A stretch of DNA of 64,000 bases from Cenococcum geophilum (GCA_050273025.1 CP158635.1:2170001-2234000); one strand, 5' to 3'. Counted from the first letter of the stretch, positions 25,600-40,057 are shown. Translations and numbers: made by a program. The notes: generated from the letters alone by a model not told the origin.

Positions 25600-27340
25600 T
25601 AGAAATAGCAGCTTATACCTACGCCAATAGAAATAATAAAGAAGGCGTAAAACTAGAGGCTATAGAAGGCTCCTAAGCTGTGTAAAAGCGTACTAACTCT
25701 AGGAGGAAACTCTTATACAGACTACTAGGGGGTAGACTAGTACTTAGGTAATACCATTATAAGATATCTAAAAGAACTAGTAAAATTCCCTACAATTAGT
25801 AGTAGCAGCCAACTGCTTATAGTTTAGGACTAAAGCACTAAAAAACTGGGGTAGAGGCCTAAATAAGTAGGCATATTAAACTCTACTATATTACTAGCTA
25901 ATATATAACTACCTACAAACTAATACAGCTAGCAGAATGGCTCCGCCAGTTTAGCGAACCTTAGGCGCCCCTCTAGCAAACCCTTAATTAAATCCTCTAA
26001 CGGCTAAGTAAAATTAAAAACAAGTATAACCCCCCCTTACCGGCGAACCGTACCTAGGCCGCTATAGCTGCGCTTTTACAGCACAAGGAACCTACCCCCC
26101 TTAAGTTAACAACCGGGTATATAATTACAATATAACCAAATATAGAATAAGTAGAGGGGCTTAGGGGACAATTAGAAATAGAAGTCCTTATAAAGATACG
26201 CAAAGAGGTCCACAACGCTATTATAATCCGACACCTTAAGAGCGGAGACATTAGAGTTACCCTAAAGGACTAATAGGCAAAGGAACGAGCCATAAGGGCA
26301 GGGGATAGGCTAGGAGAACGTATTAGCATAAAAGTACTCCATAAGGATTACCCAGTCAAGGTCCCAGCGGTTCCTATAAGCCTTAGGGTAAAAAAGGAAC
26401 GCTAGGCGGACAACACAGCAATTATATAGGAGATAGTAAGACAAATGGAACGCCTTATACTAGGACTCAAAATCACCTAAATCTAATAGCTTTAACAGGA
26501 AAATGCAAACTAAGTATATAACGAAAACAACAAGAGGATATAAGGGTCGCCGGAAACTCGCTAGGGAGACGCTAGACAAACGCATAGCTCCCTTATTATC
26601 AGTATACATATACTAGGAATGCAAAAACTCCTTATCCAAAAAGGAATAATTATAAATGGCCTTATATATAACACAAGGCTCTACAACTATAGACTACGCC
26701 TAGAATAATACTATCGCTATATATAATAGGGACACACCTAATCTATATACGCAGCACAGGTGTACTGCGGCCACTATATAGGCCCCTACAATATAAGATA
26801 TTGCTTAAATCAAAACTAAATAAAATACGCGAACTGCCACTGAAGCATATATAAGGCATAGGAGAGAGAAAACTACATTAAATACAGGAAACGGAAGGCA
26901 AGGGCTTAATAGCTGCAGGAATAACTACACACTAGATTATATAAATGAAAACAATAGGCGATAAGCTAGGGGGACGCAGGCGCCTTCCTAGCGTTTCCTA
27001 CCTTTAATATTAGAGGGCTAGGCTAGCTATCCCAAGCCTTAACGGGCCAAAAGCGACGCCGTGTGATATTACTAGACCAATTAGGGATATAAGGGTTATA
27101 GGGGACATAAGGGAGAGGACGCCCCGTAGGAAGACCCCTATGGACAGCAATAGCAGGCTTAAAACCAGAACAATTAAGAATTAGACTTAATGCGGCAAAT
27201 ATAACATTCGCAGCCGACCTATAAAGGGTATATAGCCAACTAGTAAGAATAGGGGAAGAACTGGTAATAATAACAAATTCAAATATAGAAGCGCTAATAG
27301 GAACACAAGATATAGGAATGGAAAGCTCTATATAAAATAA
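25600..27340 (+). pseudogene. LINE ORF1 (gag-like, three CCHC zinc knuckles), RIPed; boundaries approximate
   Basis: De-RIPed QCYRCxQWGHTQSVC ~26705, CGHCAGPH ~26764, CANCH ~26825. Confidence 0.75.
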
Positions 27341-27459
27341 ATAGTAACTAGGGTATAGATATAAAAGATAGAAGCTCTAAATATCCTAGAGAAAGTGGAA
27401 ATAGAAGAAGTAAGGAACAAAGGAAAGTTAAAAAACCCTCGCTAGGGGTCCGCTACCTA

Positions 27460-30400
27460 TCCATTATATAGTATAACTGCGGCAACACAAACCACCGCCT
27501 TATAAGGCCCCTACTAGACAGTCTAGACCTAAAGAAATACTATATTCTTGCTATACAAGAACCATATTATAATACCTTCATACAATTAACATACTGCCCC
27601 TAAGAATTCCAGCTCCTATACGAACCAAAAGCAGCTATACGCGTGTGCTTTATAATCAGCAAGGCTATCAGCCTATCCTTATAGTTATAGCAGGCAGTTA
27701 ACCTAGATATTACAGTTATAATAATCTAAATATATAGGGGACCGGTATAAATTATTAATATATATAACCCTAGGGTTAAAGGGGTCCTATAAATAGAGAA
27801 TATTATATCGGCAATAAGCTTACTAGAAACCAAAGGTATAGAGTCTATCCTACTAGGAGACATAAACCTCCACTACCCGCAGTAGGGGGGTATCCATATT
27901 ACTATAGATTAATAGTTAGAGTACCTACTAAGAGCTATAGATATCTAGGGCCTTAAGCTAGCTACCCCCCTAGGAGCAATTATATGGTAATAAGGTACCG
28001 CTAAAAGCACAATTAACCTTACATTTATAGACAAAGGCCTATACTAGAGACTTAAAAGGTATAACCCTAAAGAAGAATAGGCACTTACCCTAGACTATAT
28101 CCCTATCCAAATACAGCTAAACCTAGATACTAAAGCGCAACTAAATAGAAAAAGATACGCAATAAGGAAGCTTAAGATAGACAGTTTCCTTAATATAGTT
28201 AAACAACAACTTTAAAACCTAGAAGAAATCCACCTAATACCAAACAAGCGAGGCTTATTGGCCACCCCCAAGGAAATTAACCGAAGACTAGAAAGGATCC
28301 AGGCAGCAATTAAAAATAGGCTAGAAGAGCACTGCCCGATCTTAAAACCGGGCCCCTATATACAACACGCATGGTCCATATAATGTGCAGTTCTGGTTAC
28401 CAGCTAATAATAAGCAAGAAGGAAATATATAAATAGCCATAACCCTAAAGATAAGAGATAATATAAAGACATAAGAAACTAGCTAAAGAATACCCTAAAA
28501 AAAGAAGCAAGGAATAACTGGAGACGGTTTATAAACAAGCATACTTCTAACCCGAGCCTCCCCCATAATAAGGGCCTTTGGGCTATAACAAAATGGGTAA
28601 AGAAAAAGGTAGGGCGCCTAGCAAAAGACCTATACCTATTACCCTTACAAAGAGCAGAAGAATTACAGGCTATAAACAACAACAATAAGAAGGCAAAGAT
28701 CCTTATAGAAAGGTTCTTCCCCTAACCAGCTCTAGCAGACCTTAGTAATATTACAGGCAAAACACCAGTAACTTACCTACGGGTCAACAGCGACATAACA
28801 ATAGAGGAAATGGCTAGAACTATTAGCCGTCTTTTAAATAATACAGCACTAGGACTAGATGGGATTCCAAATAAGGCCCTAAAAACCTATAGGCCACTTA
28901 TAGCACCTTAGCTTACAGATATAGCCAGAGCATGCTTTACTATAGGCTACTACCCACAACTTAAAAGATCTATAACAACGGTTATCTTATAAAAAGAAGG
29001 CAAAGCAGATTACTTAATCCTAGGAAGCTACCGCCCTATTACCTTAAAAAACACCCTTAATAAGATCTTAGAAAGGGTAATAGCGGAACATATAGCAGAT
29101 ACGGCAAAGGAACACACCCTACTACCACAAAGCTAAATAGGGGCAAGAAAGAACCGCTTAACACTATTAGCACTTACGCTACTCGCTACCACCATTAAAT
29201 CTATATAGGCGATGCGAAAGGACTTTATAGTATTAATGCTTAGCCTAAATATTAGTGGTGCCTATAATAATATACCCCATAAGCGTCTTCTGCATATCCT
29301 TAGGGCAAAGGGCTTCCCAAAATAAATTATATAATTTATCCAAGGGTTTATAGGCCAGAAAGAAACATTACTAGTCTTTAACGGATACTAGAGCCCCCCC
29401 ATTATAGTTATAACAGGAATACTATAAAAATCACCCCTTTTACCTATACTCTTCCTTTTCTTTATAAGCAACCTACTTAACTCCTTCAAAAAAAGGGCGA
29501 CTTAGGGGATAGGCTTTGTTAATAATATAAACCTAATTATATATAGGCCAACAGCCGTAGAGAATTACAGAACACTAGAGAAAGCCTATAACACTTATAT
29601 AGAATAGGCAAAACGTTATAGAGTCTAATTCTTACTAGAGAAATACTAGCTAATCTATTTTATAAGAAAACGCAACCAATCTATAGATCTTTAGCATATA
29701 ATTTATATCTAAGGCTTTAGGGGTTAACCAGTTCAGGGCCTAAGGGTATTAGGAGTATAGGTAGATAGTAAGCTCCGGTGGAGCGTATATACGGCATAAG
29801 CGGCCTATAAAGGCTAAGCACAGTTTATCGCTTTATTTAGAATTATTAACTTTATATAGGGTCTATGCTTCTAGAGGTTACGCCTACTATATATAGCAGT
29901 CGTCCGGCCAACCATAATATATAGATCCAGTATTTGGGCTATTAGAGAAACTAAAAAGGGCCCCCCTAAATTACTCCTTAAACTACTTTAAAAGGTCTAA
30001 ATAGCCTACCTTTAAAGTATTATAGGCGGGTATAAGCAAACGGCCACAGCACTGCTTAAGAAGGAATCCAATATTCCCCCCCTATAGTTATATATTAAAG
30101 CCGCTATAATATAAAGGACATAAAATAAACGTAACTCTAATATTATAAAGTATATTAAGACACGCCTAAGTAAACTATAGAGGGACCTTAGGGTGCCCTA
30201 TAGAAGAACAAACCAATAACTCTAAAGTAGGGAAGAGATATTAGAGAAACAGGTAAAGAAAGCAGAAGAAGAATAGTACCGCTTTAGGGCCCAGGCCCAT
30301 ATAGAGGAGGAAGGAAAACGTATAAGAGGTTAGCAAAGACAATAGTAAGATAAAGAAAGGAGCTAAAGTAGAACATATAAGAATGCCGGGAAACCATCTA

Positions 30401-30900
30401 CTGTAATGCAATACTAGTTGGACCAATACTAGAGAGGCGAATAGGAGTTAAAGGTACAGAGGCTAACTTAAGCAAGACAAACCCAAGCCATAGCATAGTT
30501 AACGCTATAGGGGGTAAATACCTAAGGGCTCCGAGAAGGCCTAACAAAGGCAGAAAATATAATAGTAACACTCTTAAGAACAGGAATAATAGGACTAAAA
30601 GATTGGCTTTACTGGGTAGGTATCCTAGTAGGTAGCCCAAGATACGAATATAGCTAGCTAAGATAGATACCAAAACACGTAATACTGCTATACCCCCTAT
30701 ATACTAATTAAGAAATAATGCTCTTAGCAGCTAGTATAGAGAACTATAATACACTACTCTTAATATAAAAAGGCCTTAAGGCGGTCACCTAGTGGCTTAT
30801 TAGTTAAAATATACTAAATCAGTTCTAGGTTATAAGGGAAATAGTAATAAAAGGCAAGGGGGTAAGCAGTAGGTGCCCCCTAGTAACTCTACAGTAATAG
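27460..30900 (+). pseudogene. LINE ORF2 (APE endonuclease plus reverse transcriptase), RIPed; boundaries approximate
   Basis: IxQYNCG ~27463; ILAIQEP ~27543; LLGDxNLHHP ~27848; APGPDGIPN ~28845; SYRPI ~29026; GFVDD ~29512. Confidence 0.85.
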
Positions 30901-33900
30901 AGTAATAGTTTATAATACTAGCGCGTCCGTAGGCTTGTTACGGCAGTAGTGGTTCCTAAGAAGGTTAAACAGTAAAATAGTAGAGCACCATAGGCGACTC
31001 ATAGGCGCTAAGTAGGCGAGTCCTAAAAGGCGGGGAGATAGATCACGGGGTTTTCTTATTTTTCTTAAATAGAGTTTTCTCCCCATATATAAATAAGGAG
31101 TAGTCCGCGTAGGCCCAACAGGGATCCAAATCGGACGTTAAGCAATGAATTATTAATTAATTATTAATTAAATAATAATGTTATTAAGGTATACTATAAT
31201 GAATTTATCTAAGTATTCTCCTAATATATTATTAATACGCTTCTAAAATATTACTAATGCGTTTATAAGTCTAAATTATATAACTAATAGTTTATATAGT
31301 CCTTCCTTTAACCTAAAGGCTGCCTTTTATTTATCGCCTTCTTTAATTCTAATCTAATAGTACGCCTATTTTAGATTTATCTTTATAAAGATTTATACGT
31401 TACCTATCCTATCTTAAATTTTAATAATTAAGGGTAAAGGATACCTATCCTTCTTAGTAATACTGTTTAACTGTCTATAGTTAATACACAGCCTTAGTTT
31501 ACCATTTTTCTTTAGTATAAATAGTACTAGATAACCCGCTAATAACTACAATAGTCTAATATATCCTTTTAATAAGTTTTCTTAGATAAACTCTTTTAAT
31601 GCTTTACCTTCTTCTTTAGTAAGCTTATAGATTGGAAAGAATTTTAAATTTATTCCTAGTTTTAATTCTATCTTATAGTCCTATGCTATATACTTTAACA
31701 GCTTTTTATTTTCTAGTAACTATAGTTTCTTGCCATACTTATAGTATCTCTTTAGTATATAACTTAAGCCTTACTTAGTTTCTTTATATATTACTCTAAC
31801 TTAGTACTATACTATTTTAGCTTATTATTATATTTTGCGGTATTAAGTATCTTTAATATTAACCTAACCTATAACCTAATTAATTTTTACATTATATTTC
31901 TATAACTAAGGCATTCCTAATACTGCCTTATTATTCCCTAATAGTAATATATTAAAAGATATCTTAATTTATTTCCCTTTAATAGTTAACTAAATAGGTC
32001 CTATTTTAAGATTAATAATACCTCCTCTATAGACTATTAGATCTCCTAAAATTATTACTAATAGGTAAGGGTACTCCTTTTTCCTATATAGTAAACCTAT
32101 CCTTTTAACTGCTGCTAGCGAGATATAGTTCCTTATTACTCTACTATCTATTAGTACCTTAAACTGTTAATCTTACTAATTAATTTATAAATTTAGGTGT
32201 TGTCCTTAAATTCCTTTAAGGGTCTAAGGCTTTACTACTAGCTCCCTCTAGTTCTATAGGCCTCTACTTTTCCTAACTATTAGCTGCTTAATCCTATTTA
32301 TACTTAGTCTAACTTAAGCTAATACTTAGTTTGCTTTTTATCTTTAATATACTATAAATACATATTCTTTAGGCATTCCTACTACTATCATTTATCTAGG
32401 CATTCTTCCGTAAGGAATCTTTTTAGCTAAAGTATTAAGTTACCTAACTCCTAAACTTTTACTAGATGCTAGCTATATATATACTTAGCGTTTTAATACT
32501 TTTATTCCTCTACTAACTAATATATTCTTATAGGGTATTTCTAGTGCTTATCTTTTAGTGCTTTATATATATTATACACGTTATCTATATATATAATCTA
32601 TAATAGCGTATAATATGCTTAGTATCTTAAGTTAACTCTTAGCTTATCTTTACTCTTAAGTTTAAACCTTTCTTATATTAATCTAAGCGTTGCAACTTCG
32701 TTTATAGGTACTAAGATATATTATTTACTTCTCTAGTCCTCTAACCGCTCCTCTAAATCCTTTAATATTATAATTAAGGCTCCTTTAATATAACTTATAG
32801 CCTTTTCTATAATTAGGTGGTCTTAGATAACTTTCTTATCTAACTATATATAAAAATCTTCCTACTTATTATTATGCCTTTATCTATACCACCTTTAGTA
32901 TAGCTACTAGAATATATACGGCTTATCCGTAAGAAAGTATCTTCTTATTACTATATTATAACAGCCTTTTATATATTATTCTTTAAACCTAGTTAAAATC
33001 CCTAAATCCTCTTTATTTTCTAGTTTAGTAAGCTACTTAGCTCTTAGTATACCCGCTTTAGGCCTATTAGTAATTCTTTATACTAGTGCCCTATTCCTTA
33101 TACGTCCTAATATACTAGATCTCTTATCTAGTTTCTATTCTTACTATGCAATAATTCTTTACCTAAATTCTTCTATAGTTTCCTTTAGTTTACGTCTTAT
33201 AGATAAATCCTTAAAGTCTTCTTACTTCTTAATCTTGGTATTAATTTTTTAATCTTTAGGCTAAATACTACATTCCCTTAGTAAGTTTTCTAGGTCTATA
33301 TATCTATCTCCTAGTCTAATTACTATTTATACTATAGATTCTCTAATCTATAAAGAAGCCGCTTACCTCTTATTTATAGGTGTCCTTATTTATACTTTAA
33401 ATTCTTAATCCCTTAGATTTTTTAATCCTAAGCTCGCTTTTAACTTAAGCTTTACTCTAGCCTTAGTCTAACTAGGCTTACTTAGTATTCTTATCTCGTC
33501 TTAAGAGTCTTAAATTTTACTTATCTTGTCTTAAGAGTCTTATACTTATAGGAAACTCTATCCCGAGCTTATTTATATATCTTTAAACTAAGCTACTACC
33601 CTACTCTATCGGTTTTCATCTATTATAGGTCTTTAGATATACCTTATCTCGTTTTAAGAATCTTAGTTATCTCTTATCTCATCTTAAGAATCTTAAGCCT
33701 TTAGCCTTTTACCTTTTTTAAGTACTAAAGTGGTTTACTACCCTACTTCTCTTATATCTCGCGAAGTAATAGATATTATATCTAGTGGGGTCTTAATCCC
33801 TACTAACGTTCCCTATTTTATAGTAGAATTATCCTCTATCTCTTATATAATATCTCTAAGGTCTACTTACTCCTAGTAAGCGGCCCTTATTGCCTTATTA

Positions 33901-36900
33901 TTATAAAATATTTCGCCTTTATTAAAGCCATTATCCTTAATATCCGATTTGCGAACTAGTTTATTAGTTCCTTTATATTCCGCTAAATATAGCTTTTATA
34001 GCTAATAGCTTACGCCATATTTAGCGTCTTTATAAATTTAGTATACGTTATTATAATAAAACGCGAAACTTCTAATTAAATACTCTTTTGTTCCTTATAG
34101 TATACTATTATCCCTTTATATATATATATCTTCTACTACTAGTCTAGTTCCCTTTATTGTATAGTAACTCTAACTATCTTTATAATCCCTTGTAAAATAA
34201 CCTTATTTCCCATAATTTATATAAGCTCTATTTCTAAACTATTAACTTTGCTATAGAGTCCGCCTAAATATCTTCTACTACTAAGATCCCTAGTTTAGCC
34301 TCTACTCCTTAGTCCTATAATTACTAAATCCTTAACCTTTAGGTTTTTATAGTTTCTTACTCTATCTCTTATAGGCTTCTTTAGTACTACTTAGGTCTAT
34401 TAACTCTACGCCATACTATAATTTCTAACTTAGCTTTAGTCGTTATGTACTCTACACCTTATATAACTATAGAACTTTATCCTAACCTCTCTTAGCCTGT
34501 TCCCTTTAGTAGATCTAATTATTAATCTTAATTACTTAATCTATTAATTCTCTTAAGGTGTCCGCATCTTCTATTAGGATAATTATATCCTAGACTTCAG
34601 CCTTAAGTCCTTACTTATACTGTACTATAAGCGCCCTATTATTCTACTTAACTTATATAGCTAACGTCTAGAACTACGTTATATACTTAATCGCTAAGGT
34701 TTATTACGTAATATTTTAGAGTTTTTTTTTTTACTATGGTTACTGCCTTTAGGTCTCTAAATATTTATATAAGTCGTTTTACGAATCCGTTCTAGCTTAA
34801 GAATATAAACTATACCTCTTAGTTTATAGTTATTATTCTATTTACCTAGATTTCTATAAAGTAAGGCTTAAACTATTTAAGTACCCTTTCTATTAAGAAC
34901 AATCCCGCGTACGCTATTTAATCTATAGGTATTACTAGCTTAGCTTCTTTCTATATAACCTTAAAGTGCATTTATATAAGGAATCCTTTAAGCTTTAATC
35001 TTTCTCCTAAGTACCTTTTAATTAATAGTAACTTAACCTTTGCTATACCTATCCTATTAATCCTATTTTCCAACGTTATATTATTTTCTATTAACTAGTT
35101 AACTATTTTTTATAGTTATTTAACCGTTATAGGTTACTATAAGTTAGTATCTACTATATTAGTGTTACCTTCTAACCTTAAAGTAGTTACTGCCGTTAAT
35201 GGCGTTATAGTGGCAGCTTTTAGTAGTATATTATTTAACTTTCTATATTTAATACTATAACCTTAGTAGTAATTATATAATAGAACCTTATAGTAAGAAC
35301 TATAATAGGCTCGTTAATAGGCTAGATATATAGGTAATATAAATTAAAGTTAATAACATAATAATAACTAATAGAGTGGTTGCCTAATAGATTAACTCTA
35401 ATTATATTCTAAGAATTACTATAAGAAAGGAACTATCTAAGTAGGGACTAAGGGTCTTTAAATATACAACCGTACTTCTATAAAATCCTTCTTATACATA
35501 ATATACGTGTGCTCTATTTACTCTATTATAGATTATATAGATCCTATAGATCCTATAGATTATATTATATAACCTTAGTTACTATTCTTTGTTATATAGC
35601 TTTATTGGCTCTATCTTAGACCGTGCTTATATTAACTAACTAGCTTCTTCCAACTCTTCTCCAAGTAGTTATAACATTGTACTTAAAGCGCCCGTAACAT
35701 AAACTCGTAAAATAGCTCTAAAAGAAAGGTTATATTATAACTTTAGGAGCTCCTTTCTAAGTATCTAATAAGTAGGAGATTAATAGTCTTATTACAAGAG
35801 GAGTTTTTAAATTTAAGAAGTATAACCCTACTAAGTTTAATAGAGTTCGCATCTTTAAGTTAAGAATGGTTAATAAGATTAAAGGTAAAGCTACTAACGC
35901 CCTATTTAAGAAATTAAGGCTTATTATCTAAGGTTATAATAATAATAATAAGGAGGTAATTCTTACCCAATCTCCCATAATTTAATAAACTAGTTAGTAA
36001 GTTATTATTACGCTAGCTCCCTCCTTAATAAAGAATAGAATAGCGGTTTATTTACGAGATATTACTTAAGCCTATACCCAATTAGAGATATACCTTTAGC
36101 GCTTAATATTAGCATACCTTCTAGAGTAAATTCGCCACCAGTATCCTAAAGATACGATTATAGTTATGCTTAAGCCATTATATAGAATCGCAGAGGCAGA
36201 AACTTACTAGTGGGCTACCTATAGTAAGTACTATAAAGAGAAGCTTTTAATAACTACTTCTATATTTAACCCCTACTTCCTTATTATAACTACAGGAACT
36301 CTATTTGGAATTATTGGCATATAAACTAATAATATAATTATTTTAAGAAACGACTAGTTCTTAGCTCTTAAAAAAGATAAGCTAATAAAGGCAAATCTTA
36401 TAGCAAAGCTAAAGGAAAAGCTTAATTTAATAACACTATTACTCTTTAATAGATGTATCCTCTCCCTAGATAAGGATTCTATTACTTTACGCCAAAAGGG
36501 TTAAGGTAAGAAGATTAACGTTATTAACGTTAATTCTCTAAAGTAAGGATATATAGAGTAATGCGCTCGCGAAGCTTATATTGCTTCTATCTATTAACCT
36601 AAGGCTTTATTTAATCTCTTTATTGCCGCTTAACACTAGGAACCAACTAAGGATAACGTTCTTACCCTAAATAAGCGTCTTTTCTAGCAAATAAACCATC
36701 TTAATTAGGGACTACTCTATGTACCTATTAATCTTCCCACCGCTAAGCTCTTTATATTTATTAATAGATTATTTATAAATAATAAAGATTTTAGCTCCTA
36801 GCTAGGATATAAGATTATTATCGCAAATAAATCTACTAAAGAGAATAACTTTATAATCTACAGTAATCTTATTTATTAGAGCTTAACTAAGAGTAAACGC

Positions 36901-37309
36901 GTTACTTAAAGCGTTCTAGTATTAGAGATATATAGAATAGTTAGCGGAGTTAATATAGCAATTGCAATTAGAACTACCCTAAAGATAATTATAAATCGAC
37001 TTGAACTTCCTGTTATCCCTATAATTATCTGCACTAACTTATATTCCCTTTATAAGTATTTAGTTAAGCTTAGTACTATAAAGGAGAAGCACCTTATAAT
37101 CGATATTATAGCACTTTAGCAATTCTATAAGCGTTAAGAACTCTTTAAGATTTAATAGATTAATGGCTAAGATAACCCGGTAAATATAATAATAAAGGCG
37201 AACCTAAATAAGGCACTAAAGACGTTTGTTAATATAAATACTCTACATATATAAGTTAAAGGTTAGGTTAAAAGGGAGTCTCTAGAAATTTCCTAGTTAT
37301 GTAAGGTCT

Positions 37310-37497
37310 TAAGATATCTAGAAACTTTAACCAGCGGTTAAAGTTATCTAATTAGTTAGATTCTCTTGCTAAGACTTTTCTAAAAGGGGGGGTATAACAT
37401 TCTATAGACCCTAATTTTAACTAGCCAATTAGGATTTTCTATACCCGGCATAGAAAATCGCTATTAGCTCGCTTATAACTAGCGCCTTAGCGGCCCT
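37310..37497 (+). other. Shared cassette, copy in the Copia B 3' UTR
   Basis: AACTTTAACC-AGC-GGTTAAAGTT (37323-37345); GCCAAT..GATTTTCTAT-ACCCGGC-ATAGAAAATC; tail CTCGCTTA..ACTAGCGCCTTAGCGGCCCT shared with C. Confidence 0.85.
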
Positions 37498-37671
37498 AAC
37501 ACAATATCTACCTATAACTTTAAGTAAGAAAGCACCACGTACTAAGAGGCAAATTTTAGGATAGCGAGACTTATATTACAATAGCAATAGTAAGTAAAGA
37601 GGATCGATATTTATTATGCTAGTTAAGCAGTATTTATATATAGATGGCAACTATAAAAAAAGAGTTGCTAG

Positions 37672-37837
37672 TGTCGGGAATAAGGCAAGCGGTCGTTACG
37701 TAACGCCGCGGCACTAGCGTAGCGAGGAGTCTTAGGCTCCTCGCCCTTTCTCATTCCAATTAATAAGCTTTATTAACCACCATCACTGTAACCTACTCGA
37801 GTAGTTGTTATTAGTGAGTCACCCTATATAACCAACA
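37672..37837 (+). repeat. Copia B 3' LTR
   Basis: TGTCGGG...CCAACA, followed by TSD GACTA. Confidence 0.93.
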
Positions 37838-38099
37838 GACTAAGACCTTTTAAAATTATATAGAGGATTTTACTAGTTACGTTTAAGTTAAACCTACTAG
37901 CTAAAATAAAGATCTACCCTATATAGCATATTATAATGCTAGAGCTAGTATATAAGAATATTAAGCTACCGGTCTATAAAGCAGATATATATAGAGGATA
38001 GGAAGAAGATAAATGGCAAGTTTTAAAGATCGTTAGTTATAAAGATATTAACAATAAAATATAGTATAAGGTTAAGTAGATAAGCTATAATAAGACTAC

Positions 38100-38801
38100 C
38101 TAGGAGCTACTAGAAAATTTAAAGAATGCTATAAGAAAGGTATAGGAGTATTAGAAGAAATTAGGTTAGGTAGTATTAATAAAGAAGGATTACTAAAGAA
38201 TAAGTTACCTAAGGGGGACCTAAAAAGAGCATTTGCTAAACTACTTAGATCTATTTCCTTCTCTATTAAAAGAGAATTTGTTCTTTTATCGCCAAGCTCC
38301 TACAAACCTTATTCTACTAGCTTTTACTTCTTAAAACGAACCTTTTTATAAACCTTCTTAAGACGGATTAACCGAGTAGACGCCGTAAGACAAGACTTAA
38401 GAGCCCGTTGCTAAGTATCGGCAGCCTCCCGTTCTATGTTATAAAAATAGCGCAATTCCGCTAAAGTAATAGACAGTTTATTATTTAGCTATATAGCAGT
38501 AGATTAAATATAAAACTCTAAGACAAATTAATTAGGGAACTAGACGACTATTAAAAGTAATAGGTTATATATATTTAGTATTAGAAATAGAGTAAACGTT
38601 ATAGGACGAATAAATATTTACTTTAGTGCACTTTAAGTAAGAGGACGGTTATTGCAAAGATAGGTTTACTAATATAACGTAAACTAACCCCTCTTTTAAA
38701 CAGCGAAAATATAGAGACGATATAATCTCACTAAGAGATAGTATTACAGCGATAGTACGAGCGCGATAAGCAGTTAAAGAAGAAGAAATTGCTTTAGGTA
38801 T
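38100..38801 (-). pseudogene. Antisense Zn2Cys6-like accessory gene of A2 (exon 1 38801-38573; intron 38572-38485)
   Basis: Codons 31/34/41/55/58/67 read TAT/TGT/TAC/TAC/TGC/TAT; exon 2 reads ..LAELR..EREAAD..RLIRL.. Confidence 0.7.
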
Positions 38802-38909
38802 AATAAGCAATAATATTAACTAAATTAATTAGACGGATATTACACCTCTAGTAAATAACTTAGAAATATTTTAAATCTTTAAGGACGAAGATAAAGAGGA
38901 GGGAGATAG

Positions 38910-39333
38910 TATTACAGACGCTTTAAGTACAATATTACGACTACTTAGAGAAAAGTTAGAAAAAGCTAGTTAGTTAATATAAATATAGTCTAGAATAAAG
39001 CTAATAGAGCTATATAACGAGGAATAGTAACTAAGGTTAGGTAACGTAATCTATATAATTTATATAATCTATATAATCCATAATAGAGTAGATAGAGTAT
39101 ACGTATATTATATACAAGAAGGATTTTATAAGAGTACGGTTATATATTTAAGGACCCTTAATCCCTACCTAGATAGTTCCTTCCTAGTAGTAATTCTTAG
39201 AATATAATTAGAGTTAATCTATTAGGCAACCACTCTACTAGTTATTATTACGTTGTTAACTTTAATTTGCATTATTTATACACCTAGCCCATTAATAAGC
39301 CTACTGTAGTTCCTACTACAAGGTTCTGTTACA
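38910..39333 (+). repeat. A2 3' LTR
   Basis: Follows the PPT; ends GTTACA. Confidence 0.92.
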
Positions 39334-39851
39334 CTACTATAATATTTCCTATAGGGCTTCGTTACAAACTCTATATAACTTTATCCTTTTATAATAATAG
39401 GGGATACCCTACTTAGATCTACCTCAATAGTTAAAGAATTAATTCTATTATTAACGTAATAAAAGTATAAACGGCTATTAAAGCAATTTATTTTAGTTAT
39501 ATATATTAGCTAAAACGTATCCTTATAGTTTTTAACAGCCTTAAGGTAGTAGGAATGTATCTACTTTCTAACTTTATTCCTATTGCTATTAAGAAAAAGG
39601 TTATAATTTTAAATTACTGCTAGAGAATCCTATTATTGTCTACTTAAAAGGGCGTTAAATAAGGCGCTGGCAGCTATAAGCTTAACTATAGTAAGAAAGC
39701 GATATAGGATTGTGCTATAAAGATTAGTATATCTAGATAGCGTATAGGGTAGCACTTTTAAGTCTTAGTAAGTATCTACTAGCTCTACTTAGGTCCCTCC
39801 TTCTATAACCTTAAGGTTATTATAATTATTCTAAATACTAACTAATTATAG

Positions 39852-40034
39852 TGTTACAGCGACTTAGTTAATTAAGGTATAAGCGCCGTAAAGAACGTAT
39901 ATAAACCTATATAATTAGTAGTCTATAGACTTAGATATTAAGATAAGGAGTAGAAGGTAAAAAAGGACACGTCTATATATATATGCCAAGGCTTAAGCGA
40001 ACCCCCTTACTAGATCCGCTACGGTGCCGTAATA
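39852..40034. mobile_element. Solo LTR, family D copy 2
   Basis: Homologous to 17158-17341; TSD TATAG (39847-39851, 40035-40039). Confidence 0.9.
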
Positions 40035-40057
40035 TATAGTAGTATTATTTACTAGGT

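Larger units (their letters stand above)
24082..31168 (+). mobile_element. Full-length Tad1-like LINE (~7.1 kb) inserted in the RT of A3
   Basis: 14-bp TSD TAAATAATAATGTT (24068-24081, 31169-31182); ORF1 with CCHC knuckles; ORF2 APE endonuclease then RT; AT-rich 3' tail. Confidence 0.93.
20625..35699 (-). mobile_element. Gypsy family A copy A3, full length (~8.0 kb without the LINE), nested in Copia B
   Basis: LTRs 35276-35699 (5') and 20625-21048 (3'); TSD TAAAC (20620-20624, 35700-35704); collinear with A2/A4. Confidence 0.94.
10038..37837 (+). mobile_element. Ty1/Copia LTR retrotransposon B (GalEa-like), full length, interrupted by C and A3; segments 10038-13104, 19724-20624, 35700-37837
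   Basis: 166-bp LTRs 10038-10203 and 37672-37837; 5-bp TSD GACTA (10033-10037, 37838-37842); domain order gag-PR-IN-RT-RH; protease PDTGAAG ~12405; IN KFTLKDD ~12945; RT GMQTDD ~36317; RH FVDGSF ~36757. Confidence 0.92.
4742..39333 (+). mobile_element. Gypsy family A copy A2 (outermost host of the nest; 5' end displaced outside the window by A1); segments 4742-7889, 8058-10037, 37838-39333
   Basis: gag knuckle CxxCxxxxHxxxxC ~5015-5060, protease ~6930, RT ~7450-8350, RNase H ~8500-8850, integrase ~9120-9800, chromodomain ~38010-38150, PPT AAAGAGGAGGGAGA, 3' LTR 38910-39333. Confidence 0.92.

Noticed and set aside
37300..37360. Hammerhead ribozyme in the shared cassette (GAAAC-stem-GTT)
   Set aside because: No CUGANGA core with stems I/II is conserved in the B or E copy, even allowing for RIP.
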